This document shows, piece after piece, positions 9,651 through 20,275 of a DNA stretch of 64,000 nucleotides. The notes below the pieces were generated by a model that saw only the letters and a program-made list of their open reading frames with translations, did no database searches and had not been told where the DNA came from. Position 1 is the first letter of the stretch; each line of letters opens with the position of its first letter. Both the position numbers and the translations under genes were made by a program. The DNA is from Actinomycetes bacterium (GTDB taxonomy: Bacteria > Actinomycetota > CALGFH01), in assembly GCA_036377075.1 (NCBI GenBank), contig DASUZB010000105.1:6759-70758 (forward strand). Direction: 5' to 3'.

Positions 9651-10268
9651 GTGGCCCTGACCGTGGTCGACCACCCGCTCGCCGCCACCATGCTGACCGC
9701 GCTGCGGGACGCCACCACCCCGCCACCGCTGTTCCGGCTGCTGGCCAAGCGGCTCTCGCTGACCCTGGTGGTGGAGGCGACCCGCACGGTGCCCACGATC
9801 GAGCACCAGGTGCGCACCCCGCTCGCCGAGGCCGACGGCCGCCGCTTCGCCGTGCCGCTGGTGGCCGTGCCGATCCTGCGCGCCGGCCTGGCGATGCTCG
9901 AGGCGGTCACCGAGCTGCTGCCCGAGGTCGCGGTCGGCTACATCGGCCTGGAGCGCGACCACGCCACCTTCCAGCCCTCGGCCTACTACCACAAGCTGCC
10001 CCCGCTCGAGGGCGCCTACGTGCTGCTGCTCGACCCGATGCTGGCGACGGGCGGCTCGGCCGCCGCCGCCTGCGACAGCCTCTACAAGGCCAAGCCGGGC
10101 CGGGTGACCCTCCTCAGCGTGGTCGCCGCCCCCGAGGGCCTCGACCGCCTGCAGCACCAGCACCCGGCGCTCGACATCATCACCGCCGCCGTCGACGAAC
10201 GCCTGAACAAATCGGCCTACATCGTCCCCGGCCTGGGCGACTTCGGCGACCGCCTCTACGGCACCTGA
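9651..10268 (+). CDS. upp: uracil phosphoribosyltransferase
   Basis: GTG preceded by gaggagg. Motifs: VPILRAGL, LLDPMLATGGS, YIVPGLGDFGDRLYGT. Confidence 0.9.
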   Translation: MALTVVDHPLAATMLTALRDATTPPPLFRLLAKRLSLTLVVEATRTVPTIEHQVRTPLAEADGRRFAVPLVAVPILRAGLAMLEAVTELLPEVAVGYIGLERDHATFQPSAYYHKLPPLEGAYVLLLDPMLATGGSAAAACDSLYKAKPGRVTLLSVVAAPEGLDRLQHQHPALDIITAAVDERLNKSAYIVPGLGDFGDRLYGT

Positions 10269-10273
10269 TTGAT

Positions 10274-10306
10274 CCGGGGGGGAGCCCGAAGACAGCTCCC
10301 CCCCGG
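10274..10306 (+). terminator. intrinsic terminator hairpin after upp
   Basis: ccgggggggagc-ccgaagaca-gctcccccccgg forms a perfect 12-bp stem, 6 nt after the upp stop. Confidence 0.6.
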
Positions 10307-10324
10307 ACGCCCCCCCATCGGGTA

Positions 10325-10410
10325 CTGCGGCGGGATCCCTGTTGGGCCCGGGTGGCTGCGGCGGGATCCCTGTTGGGTCCCAGGTGGCTGCGGCGGGATC
10401 CTGCTTGCCC
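10325..10410. repeat. tandem direct repeat, 31/32-bp unit, about 2.6 copies
   Basis: ctgcggcgggatccctgttggg(c/t)cc(c/-)(g/a)ggtgg occurs at 10325, 10356 and, truncated, at 10388. It is intergenic, between upp and the HD-GYP gene. Confidence 0.8.
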
Positions 10411-10615
10411 TTCCTCATTGCGCGGCTGCGGCTCGCGTCCCATGATCGGATCGTTCGGGCGGAATGCCGATCTTCCGAAGGATCGGCGGACAAGGTGGGT
10501 GTCGACCCTCGATTTCGATAACAAACGTGGCACGACGGGCGGGAATGATGAGACAGGGGGCCAAGCGATACGCTTCAATCTCTCTTAGCTGACGAACCAG
10601 GCAAGGAGAGCAACC

Positions 10616-11821
10616 GTGACCCGTGAGGGATGGCCTGCCGCCGGATCCCCCAGCGAGGGACTGCTCGGCGCCTTCCGGGTCCTTGCGGGCGGCGAGGACG
10701 TCGAGGCCAGCGGCGGCGCCTTCCTGGAGCGGGCCTGCGCCGCCCTCGCCGCCGACGAGGGCGCCCTGCTGCTCGCTGGGGCGGACCCGAGCCGGCCGGT
10801 CGCCGGGCACCACCACGGCACCCCCGGCTCGGAGGGCCGGCTGGGCGGCCGCGCGCGCGATCCCCGCCTGTACGCCGCCGCGCTGGCCACCGGCCGGCCG
10901 CACCCCGCCGGCCCGCCCGGCGGGCCGGCGACCCCCGAGCTGTGGTGCGCCATGGTGGTGGAGGGCCGCCCCGTCGGCGTGCTCGCGGTGCGCCGCGAGC
11001 GGCCGGCGCCCTTCCGCCAAGCCGACCACACGCTCGCCGAGGTGCTCGCGAGCGGCGCCGCCGTCGCCGCCGACCGGCTGCGCTTCCTGCGCCTGTGGTC
11101 CGACAAGCTCGACCAGGCCGACGCGGCCCACTCCCAGCTGCTGCGCTACGCCGACGACCTGCGCACCACCTACGCGGCCGAACGGCGCCGGGCCGAGGAG
11201 CTGCGCCACGCCCTGCACGAGCTGGAGCTGTCCTACACCGCCACGGTGCGCGCCCTGGCCACCGCGGTGGAAGCCAAGGACGAGTACACCGGCGGGCACC
11301 TCGCCAGGGTCACCGAGTACGGCGTGCGGGGCTGCCCGGTGATCGGCGGCGGCCTCGCCGCCACGCCCGGCCTCGAGGAGGCCTTCCTCCTGCACGACCT
11401 CGGCAAGATCGGGGTGCCCGACGCGGTGCTGAACAAGCCCGGCCCGCTCACCGACGAGGAATGGGTGCTGATGCGCGAGCACCCCGCCATCGGCCTGCGC
11501 ATCCTCGACGGCGTCCCCCACATGGACGTGGTCAGGCAGGTGGTCTACTCCCACCACGAGCGCTGGGACGGCACCGGCTACCCGGAGGGCCTCAAGGCCG
11601 AGGACATCCCGCTCGCCGCCCGCGTGTTCGCCACCGTCGACGCCTTCGACGCGATCACCACCGACCGCCCCTACCGCCAGGCCGCCAGCCTCGACGAGGC
11701 GCTGGCGCGGCTGCAGAAGGCCGCCGGGACCCAGTTCGCCCCCGACGCCGTCGACGCCCTCCACCGGGTCGACCCGGAGCAGCTCGACGCCGTCCGGGCG
11801 ACCGCCGGGCGGAGGCGCTAG
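10616..11821 (+). CDS. GAF domain-containing HD-GYP phosphohydrolase (putative c-di-GMP phosphodiesterase)
   Basis: GTG preceded by aaggagag. C-terminal motifs: EYTGGHLARV, LLHDLGKIGVPD, HHERWDGTGYPEGL, DAFDAITTDRPYR. Confidence 0.85.
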   Translation: MTREGWPAAGSPSEGLLGAFRVLAGGEDVEASGGAFLERACAALAADEGALLLAGADPSRPVAGHHHGTPGSEGRLGGRARDPRLYAAALATGRPHPAGPPGGPATPELWCAMVVEGRPVGVLAVRRERPAPFRQADHTLAEVLASGAAVAADRLRFLRLWSDKLDQADAAHSQLLRYADDLRTTYAAERRRAEELRHALHELELSYTATVRALATAVEAKDEYTGGHLARVTEYGVRGCPVIGGGLAATPGLEEAFLLHDLGKIGVPDAVLNKPGPLTDEEWVLMREHPAIGLRILDGVPHMDVVRQVVYSHHERWDGTGYPEGLKAEDIPLAARVFATVDAFDAITTDRPYRQAASLDEALARLQKAAGTQFAPDAVDALHRVDPEQLDAVRATAGRRR

Positions 11822-11824
11822 GCC

Positions 11825-14203
11825 ATGGGCCGCCTGCGCGTCCAGCTCACCGTCCTGCTGGCCATGCTCGGGCTGCTGGTCGCCGCGTGGGGCGCGACCA
11901 TCTTCCTCGGCGCCCGCAACGGCCAGGTGTCGACCGAGTCGCGCCAGTTCGAGGTGAGCCGCTTCGACGAGCTGCGCCGCTCCACCGCCAGCTTCCGCGC
12001 CCGCGTGGTCGACGCCTCCACCTACCAGCGCAACTACCTGCTCACCGGCGACGTCCACGCCAAGGAGCAGTACCGCACCGCCTGCAACCAGGCCGACGAC
12101 CTCCTCGCCATGGTCGGGACGCTGGCGCGCCCCTGGCCGACGCTGGTGCCGGTGCTGCAGAGCGTTCGCAGCGGCTACACGAGCTGGGACCGGCAGGTGC
12201 GCAGCGAGGTCGACGTCCACGACCACTTCGGCATCGGCGCCGCCATGCTGATGGTCGACCGGCGCGAATCGAGCGTGCGCTTCGCCCAGCTCGGCAAGCG
12301 CATCGGCGCGCTCGACGGGCTGCTCGCCGACCTGCAGGTGAACGCGGCCAGGCAGCAGCGCTCCACCTACCGCGAGACGCAGCGGCTGGCGCTGGACGCC
12401 GCGGTGATGATCCTGGCGACGGTCACGCTGATCTTCTTCTACCTGCGCCGCGCGGTCGGCGCCCCGGCGGCGGTGCTGCGCTGGGCCTCCAGCCGCCTCG
12501 CCGGCGGCGACCTGACCACCCCGATCGAGCTGGCGGTGCCCAACGAGCTCGGCGCGGTCGCCGCCGACCTGGAGGTGATGCGCCGCCGCCTGGCCGGCCG
12601 CATCGACGGCCTGCTGCGGCTGCGCGAGCTGTCCGCCCAGGTGGTCGGCGCCACCAGCCTGCAGGGACTGTGCGACGCGGCGCTCGCCGGCCTCGGCCGC
12701 GAGGTCGGCGCGGTGCGGGCCGCGCTCGGCGCGGTCGACCGCGACGGCCGCCTGCGGCTGCGCGCCCTCTCCGGCTTCGACGACCCTGAGCGGGCAGCCG
12801 GGCGGATCGCCGCCGTCCACCACGAGCTGTGCGCCTTCCTGGCCATGAAGACGCTGGTCACCGGCCAGGTGGTCGGCATCGGCGAGGTCGACCAGGTGCC
12901 CAAGCCGGCCGCCCTCGGCGAGCTGGCGGTGGTCCTGCGCATCCGCGCGCTCGCGCTGGTGCCGCTGGTCTCGCGTGGCTCGTTCGTCGGGCTGCTCGCC
13001 CTGTTCTGGGAGCAGCCCCACCAGCTCGACCAGGAGCAGGAGGCGCTGCTCGGGCTCGCCGGCAACCACATCGCCGGGGCGCTGGCGGCGGCGCTGCGCT
13101 ACGAGGAGGCCGAACGCGGCGCCAGCGAGGCGCGGGCGGTGTTCTACGCGATCGCCGACGGGGTGCTGCTGACCGACCCGAACGGCCGCGTGACCGCCAT
13201 GAACCACGCCCTCGAGCAGCTCGGCGGCTGGACCGAGGCGCAGGTCCAGGGCATGCCCTACGCCGAGGTCATGCCGGTCGAGGACGAGCACGGCCGGCGC
13301 ATCCCGCCGGAGGCCCGGCCGCTGGCCAAGGCCCTGGCCACCGGCCAGCCGGCCAGCGACCAGGGCTACGGCGTCGACCTGGTGACCCGCGACGGCGGCC
13401 GGGTACCGGTCGCGGTCAGCTCCGCGCCGATCCTCGACGCCCGTGGGGAGGTCATGGGCGGCGTCGACGTGGTCCGCGACGTCTCCCGGGAACGCGAGGT
13501 CGACGAGGTCAAGTCGGCCCTGATCTCCACCGTCTCGCACGAGCTGCGCACCCCGCTGACCCTGATCCACGGCTTCGCCGAGCTGCTGGTCCTGCGCGAC
13601 ATGCCGGTGGAGCGGCGGCGCGCCGCCGCCGAGGAGATCCTGGAGGCCTCGCGGCGGCTCGCCCGCCTGATCGACGACCTGCTCAGCGTCTCGCGCATGG
13701 AGTCCGGCCGGCTGGTGCTCGACCCGCGCCCGCTCGACCTGGCCGGCCTGGTCGAGCGGACCCTGTCGCCGTTCCGGGCGATGGCCGCCAGGCACGCCAT
13801 CCACAGCGACATCTCCGGTGGCCTGCCGGTCATCTGGGGCGACCCCGACAAGGTGGAGCAGATTTTGACCAACCTGGTGGGCAATGCGATCAAATACTCC
13901 CCCGCCGGCGGCGAGGTCGTCGTCTCCGTGAGCTGCGCCGACGACGAGGTCCGGGTGAGCGTGCGCGACCAGGGGATCGGCATGAGCCCACGCGACATGG
14001 GGCAGCTGTTCGAGAAGTTCTACCGCGTCGACCGCGACGAGGTGCGCCGTGCCGGCGGCACCGGCCTGGGCCTGTACATCACCAAGCGGCTGGTCGAGAT
14101 GCACGGCGGGCGCATCTGGGCGGAGTCGTGGCCCGGCGAGGGGTCGGAGTTCAGCTTCACCCTGCCGAGCGGCGGCCAGCTGGCCGGGGAGGGACGCCGG
14201 TGA
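11825..14203 (+). CDS. sensor histidine kinase (CHASE3-TM-HAMP-GAF-PAS-HisKA-HATPase)
   Basis: Two TM helices flank a CHASE3-like segment. H-box SHELRTPLT. G-box GTGLGLYITKRLVEMHGG. The start lies 4 nt after the HD-GYP stop. Confidence 0.9.
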   Translation: MGRLRVQLTVLLAMLGLLVAAWGATIFLGARNGQVSTESRQFEVSRFDELRRSTASFRARVVDASTYQRNYLLTGDVHAKEQYRTACNQADDLLAMVGTLARPWPTLVPVLQSVRSGYTSWDRQVRSEVDVHDHFGIGAAMLMVDRRESSVRFAQLGKRIGALDGLLADLQVNAARQQRSTYRETQRLALDAAVMILATVTLIFFYLRRAVGAPAAVLRWASSRLAGGDLTTPIELAVPNELGAVAADLEVMRRRLAGRIDGLLRLRELSAQVVGATSLQGLCDAALAGLGREVGAVRAALGAVDRDGRLRLRALSGFDDPERAAGRIAAVHHELCAFLAMKTLVTGQVVGIGEVDQVPKPAALGELAVVLRIRALALVPLVSRGSFVGLLALFWEQPHQLDQEQEALLGLAGNHIAGALAAALRYEEAERGASEARAVFYAIADGVLLTDPNGRVTAMNHALEQLGGWTEAQVQGMPYAEVMPVEDEHGRRIPPEARPLAKALATGQPASDQGYGVDLVTRDGGRVPVAVSSAPILDARGEVMGGVDVVRDVSREREVDEVKSALISTVSHELRTPLTLIHGFAELLVLRDMPVERRRAAAEEILEASRRLARLIDDLLSVSRMESGRLVLDPRPLDLAGLVERTLSPFRAMAARHAIHSDISGGLPVIWGDPDKVEQILTNLVGNAIKYSPAGGEVVVSVSCADDEVRVSVRDQGIGMSPRDMGQLFEKFYRVDRDEVRRAGGTGLGLYITKRLVEMHGGRIWAESWPGEGSEFSFTLPSGGQLAGEGRR

Positions 14204-14571
14204 AGCTCCTGATCGCCGACGACGAGCCGGCGGTCCGGGCGCTGGTGCACGCCACCCTCGAGGGCGAGGACTACCAGATCATCGAGGCGGGCGACGGCGT
14301 CGAGGCCCTCGAGCTGGTCCGCGCCGAGAACCCCAGCCTGGTGCTGCTCGACGTGATGATGCCGCGGCTGAACGGCCTCGACGTGTGCCGCTCGATCAAG
14401 GCCGACCCCAGCACCAGCGGCACGATGGTGGTGATGCTGACCGCGCAGGCGCGCCAGCGCGACCGCGAGCGCGGCTACGAGGCCGGCGCCGACGAATACT
14501 TCACCAAGCCCTTCTCCCCGCTCGCCCTGCTCGACCTCGTCGAGCAGGTGCGCCGCGGACCGGCCGGCTGA
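14200..14571 (+). CDS. single-domain response regulator (receiver only)
   Basis: GTG overlaps the kinase stop (GTGA). Motifs: KLLIADDEP, LVLLDVMMP, TAQA, YFTKPFSP. There is no output domain. Confidence 0.9.
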   Translation: MKLLIADDEPAVRALVHATLEGEDYQIIEAGDGVEALELVRAENPSLVLLDVMMPRLNGLDVCRSIKADPSTSGTMVVMLTAQARQRDRERGYEAGADEYFTKPFSPLALLDLVEQVRRGPAG

Positions 14572-14575
14572 GCCG

Positions 14576-15088
14576 CTACCCGTTGGCGGCGCTGGCGGGC
14601 TGGACGAGGCCCGGGGGCAGTGGCACCTCGTCCCAGTCGACCAGCAGCCAGGACTCGTCGTCGAGGTGGACGGTGGCGGTGACGTAGCCGCCGGCGAAGC
14701 GGCTGGAGGTCACCCGCGCCACCCCGGGGTCGAACTCGACCACCCGCTCGACGTCGTCGACCAGGAAGCCGACCGGGCCGTTGCGGGTGCTCACCACCAC
14801 GATGCGGCCCTCGGGCCCGAGGTCGGGCAGGCCGAGCACCACCCGGAGGCTGGCGACGGCGACCGGCCGCCCGCCCGCGCCGAGCGCGCCGAGGCTGGAG
14901 CCGGCCAGGCCGGGGATGGGCCGCCGGCCGGTACCGACGTCGACCACCACCCTGACGTCCTCCCGCCGGCAGGCGTAGCCGCGCCCCATCAGCCGGAAGA
15001 GCAGCAGCTCGGTGCCTGGTGCCAGAAGCTCTGGCTGCCTGCGCTCGGGACCGGCGGAGCCGCCCGCGGCCGGGGTGCTGCCGGTCAT
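14576..15088 (-). CDS. CheW-like domain protein
   Basis: ATG at 15088 preceded by aggagg (5-nt spacer). Motifs LLLFRLMGRGYACRREDVRVVV and PVGFLVDDVERVVEF resemble the CheW fold. Confidence 0.7.
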   Translation of the reverse strand: MTGSTPAAGGSAGPERRQPELLAPGTELLLFRLMGRGYACRREDVRVVVDVGTGRRPIPGLAGSSLGALGAGGRPVAVASLRVVLGLPDLGPEGRIVVVSTRNGPVGFLVDDVERVVEFDPGVARVTSSRFAGGYVTATVHLDDESWLLVDWDEVPLPPGLVQPASAANG

Positions 15089-15270
15089 GCCACCTCCTGG
15101 ACGAGATGTCGGGGTCGGCACTACCTCAATCGGCAGGGCGACTGGCCCCCTACAGTGGGTGGCGTAATGGGTCGGTAGCGCTGACCAGCAATGCTGCGGG
15201 TAGCGCCGGAATGGGCGGCCAAGGTACCCTCCGGCGCCCAGGGGATCTCCTCGAGGGGAAGGAGGACCGC

Positions 15271-15816
15271 GTGGCCGAGGTGCTGGAGCACAGCGACATT
15301 CCCGGCATCTGGCTGGTCAGGTTGCAACACCACGAGGACGAGCGGGGTCGCTTCATGGAGACCTACCGCGCCTCGTGGCTGCCGTTCGCCGCCACCATGG
15401 TGCAGGCCAACCGCTCCGAGTCGGGCGCCAAGGTGCTGCGGGGGCTGCACTACCACCGCCGCCAGGCCGACTACTGGTTCGTGCAGTCCGGCAAGGCGAC
15501 CGCCGTGCTGCTCGACACCCGGATCGGCTCGCCCACGGAGGGCAAGCACGTGACCGTGCAGCAGGGCGGGGGCGAGGACGTGGCCATCTACATCCCAGAA
15601 GGCGTGGCCCACGGCTTCTACGCCCACGAGCCGACGGTGATGACCTACCTGGTGACCAACGAGTACGACGGCTCCGACGAGCTCGGCATCGCTTGGGACG
15701 ACCCCGACATCGGCATCGAGTGGCCCGACTCCGAGCCGATCCTGTCCGAGCGGGACCGGCAGAACCCGCGCCTGGCCGGCGTCACCGCCGACCGCCGCGT
15801 GCCCTACTCAGGCTGA
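15271..15816 (+). CDS. rmlC: dTDP-4-dehydrorhamnose 3,5-epimerase
   Basis: GTG preceded by ggaaggagg. Motifs: DERGRFMETY, LRGLHYH, QADYWFV, EGVAHGF. Confidence 0.85.
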   Translation: MAEVLEHSDIPGIWLVRLQHHEDERGRFMETYRASWLPFAATMVQANRSESGAKVLRGLHYHRRQADYWFVQSGKATAVLLDTRIGSPTEGKHVTVQQGGGEDVAIYIPEGVAHGFYAHEPTVMTYLVTNEYDGSDELGIAWDDPDIGIEWPDSEPILSERDRQNPRLAGVTADRRVPYSG

Positions 15817-15884
15817 AGCGCGCCAGTTGGGTCCTTCCGCGCTACCGTAGGGCCAGGACGTCCTGGTCTCGAGGGAGGGGCGCC

Positions 15885-17852
15885 ATGCTGGAGCGTCCGT
15901 GCGTCAGTCATCGCAGCAGCCCGGCCAAGTCGGGGCCACCCCCTGACCGGCCGAAGCCGCCCGCACCGCCGCCACCGCCGCGCTGGCGCGCATGGCTGCC
16001 CGCGATCGGGCTGCTGATCAGCATCTTCATCTTCTCCCTCCTGTCCGGGGGCATGCGCCAGAACCGTCCACAGGAGCTGAGCTACACCGACCTCAAGGCG
16101 AAGGTGGCCGCCGGCCAGGTGAAGTCGGTCAACATCGACAAGGACGGCCACGTCGACGGCAAGCTGCAGGACGGCACCCGCTTCACCTCCGGCGTGCCCA
16201 CCGCGATCGGCGACCCCGAGCTGGCCAAGCTGCTCGACGAGAAGGACGTCCAGGTGACGCGCGTGGAGCCGCAGACCTCGCTCGCCTCCGTGCTGGTCAG
16301 CCTGCTGCCCTTGTTGCTGTTCGTGGCGTTCTTCATCTACCTGGGCCGCTCCACCCGCCGCCAGCTCGCCAGCGGCATCGGCGGGATCGGGCGCTCCCGC
16401 GCCAAGGTGTTCGACGCCGAGCGACCGGACACCACCTTCGCGGACGTCGCCGGCTACGAGGGCCCCAAGCGGGAGGTCACCGAGGTGGTCGACTTCCTGA
16501 AGACCCCCGACCGCTACTCCCGCGCCGGCGCGGTCGGTCCCAAGGGCGTGCTCATGGTCGGGCCGCCAGGGACCGGCAAGACCCTGCTGGCCCGGGCGGT
16601 CGCCGGCGAGGCCCAGGTGCCGTTCCTGTCGGTCACCGGCTCCGGCTTCGTGGAGCTGTTCGTCGGCGTTGGCGCCTCCCGCGTCCGCGACCTGTTCGCC
16701 GAGGCGAGGAAGCGCGCCCCCTCGATCATCTTCATCGACGAGATCGACGCCATCGGCCAGCGCCGCGGCGGCGGCGCGGTCATCTCCAACGACGAGCGCG
16801 ACCAGACCTTGAACCAGATGCTGGCCGAGATGGACGGCTTCGACCCGGCCACCGGGGTGGTGGTGATCGCCGCCACCAACCGGCCCGAGGTGCTGGACCC
16901 GGCGCTGCTGCGCCCGGGCCGCTTCGACCGCCAGGTGGTCATCCCCCTGCCCAACCAGCGCGAACGCCGCGCGATCCTGGGCGTGCACGCCATCGGCAAG
17001 AAGCTCGGCGACGACGTCGACCTCGACGTGATCGCCCGCGGCACGCCGGGATTCTCCGGCGCGGACCTGGCCAACCTGGTCAACGAGGCGGCCATCTTCG
17101 CGGTCAGGGCGGGCCGCGAGGTGATCATGGCGGTCGACTTCTCCGATGCCCGCGACCGCATCCTGCTCGGCCTGCGCGAGGCGTCCAACGCGTTGCTGCC
17201 CGACGAGCAGCGCGCCGTCGCCGTCCACGAGTCCGGCCACGCCCTGGTGGCGGCGCTCTCCGACCACGCCGACCCGGTCGCCAAGGTGACGATCCTGCCC
17301 GCCGGCCAGGCACTGGGCGTGACCGAGCAGCTCCCGGTCGACGAGCGCCACCTCTACCCCGAGGGCTACCTCAAGGACTCCCTGGCGGTGCGCATGGGCG
17401 GCCGCGCCGCCGAGCAGCTCGTCTTCGGCGAGGGCTCGACCGGCGCCTCGAACGACCTGGCCGGGGCGACCGACCTCGCCACCCGGATGGTGCGCGAGTT
17501 CGGCATGAGCCCGGTGCTCGGACCGGTCGGGTTCTCCTCCGGCAGCCCGATGTACCTCGGCACCGAGGAGGTGCGCAGCCGCCCCTACGCGGAGGCGACC
17601 CAGCGGGTGATCGACGAGGAGGTCGCCAAGCTGCTGCGCCAGGCCGACGCGCGCGCCGCCGAGCTGCTCTCCAGCCACCGCGACGCGCTCGACCGCCTCA
17701 CCGAGCTGCTGCTGGAGCGCGAGACGGTGGACGGCACCGACGTCGACGAGATCCTCGGGCGGGTGCCGGGCCGCGGCGCCACGGTCGGGGCGACCGGGCA
17801 CACCGCCAGCGGCGCCGAGCCGAGCCCACCGTCCGGGCCGGCCAAGCCCTGA
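15885..17852 (+). CDS. ftsH: ATP-dependent zinc metalloprotease FtsH
   Basis: Walker [19 protein letters not shown], pore loop [10 protein letters not shown], Walker [10 protein letters not shown], second region of homology (SRH) [20 protein letters not shown], zinc site HESGHAL. The real start is the ATG at 15885, inside the longer track ORF. Confidence 0.95.
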   Translation: MLERPCVSHRSSPAKSGPPPDRPKPPAPPPPPRWRAWLPAIGLLISIFIFSLLSGGMRQNRPQELSYTDLKAKVAAGQVKSVNIDKDGHVDGKLQDGTRFTSGVPTAIGDPELAKLLDEKDVQVTRVEPQTSLASVLVSLLPLLLFVAFFIYLGRSTRRQLASGIGGIGRSRAKVFDAERPDTTFADVAGYEGPKREVTEVVDFLKTPDRYSRAGAVGPKGVLMVGPPGTGKTLLARAVAGEAQVPFLSVTGSGFVELFVGVGASRVRDLFAEARKRAPSIIFIDEIDAIGQRRGGGAVISNDERDQTLNQMLAEMDGFDPATGVVVIAATNRPEVLDPALLRPGRFDRQVVIPLPNQRERRAILGVHAIGKKLGDDVDLDVIARGTPGFSGADLANLVNEAAIFAVRAGREVIMAVDFSDARDRILLGLREASNALLPDEQRAVAVHESGHALVAALSDHADPVAKVTILPAGQALGVTEQLPVDERHLYPEGYLKDSLAVRMGGRAAEQLVFGEGSTGASNDLAGATDLATRMVREFGMSPVLGPVGFSSGSPMYLGTEEVRSRPYAEATQRVIDEEVAKLLRQADARAAELLSSHRDALDRLTELLLERETVDGTDVDEILGRVPGRGATVGATGHTASGAEPSPPSGPAKP

Positions 17853-17910
17853 GGGGCGGCCGAGCGGGAACCGTTTGTCCTCCAGGCGCATCTATGCATC
17901 ATTGAAGAGG

Positions 17911-19677
<1,767 letters not shown>

Positions 19678-19755
19678 GAAGCGCCGCTCAGCCGTTGGCG
19701 CTCGGCGTAACGGTCGCGGACCATGGACGCCGAGCTTTCTTCCAGGGAGGTGGCC

Positions 19756-20256
19756 ATGCGCATCGAGGCGGCTCAGGGCGACATCACCAGGGAGCGGGTC
19801 GACGCCGTCGTCAACGCGGCCAACTCGTCGCTGCTCGGGGGCGGCGGCGTGGACGGGGCGATCCACCGGGCGGCCGGGCCGGAGCTGCTGGCCGAGTGCC
19901 GCACGCTCGGCGGTTGCGAGACCGGCGACGCCAAGGCGACCAAGGGCCACCGCCTGCCCGCCAGCTGGGTGATCCACACCGTCGGCCCGGTGTGGCGCGG
20001 TGGCGACCGGGGCGAGCCCGAGCAGCTCGCCTCCTGCTACCGCCGCAGCCTCGAGGTGGCCGCCGAGCTGGGCGCCCGCTCGGTCGCCTTCCCGGCGATC
20101 TCCACCGGCATCTACGGCTACCCTCCCGACCAGGCGGCCCGCATCGCGGTCGAGACCGTCCGCGCCACCCCCACCACCGTCGAGCTGGTCCGCCTGGTCG
20201 CCTTCGACGCCGCCATGCTGCGCCACTACCAGGAGCTGCTCGAGACCACCAGGTAG
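19756..20256 (+). CDS. macro domain protein (O-acetyl-ADP-ribose deacetylase/YmdB-like)
   Basis: Motifs: [53 protein letters not shown]. Confidence 0.9.
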   Translation: MRIEAAQGDITRERVDAVVNAANSSLLGGGGVDGAIHRAAGPELLAECRTLGGCETGDAKATKGHRLPASWVIHTVGPVWRGGDRGEPEQLASCYRRSLEVAAELGARSVAFPAISTGIYGYPPDQAARIAVETVRATPTTVELVRLVAFDAAMLRHYQELLETTR

Positions 20257-20275
20257 GCAGGGCGAGAGGGCCAGG

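Noticed and set aside
10325-10410. Tandem repeat read as a repetitive peptide (AAAGSLLGP(G/R)W...) in ORF 10352..10588.
   Set aside because: There is no RBS or credible start, the GC3 pattern is not coding-like, and the ORF runs through a lower-GC intergenic leader. It was treated as non-coding.
10415-14104. 1229-aa minus-strand ORF spanning the HD-GYP and histidine-kinase region.
   Set aside because: It is antisense to two well-supported genes. The translation is Arg/Gly/Ala/Pro-rich low-complexity sequence with no motifs. This is the typical stop-codon-poor antisense frame of high-GC DNA.
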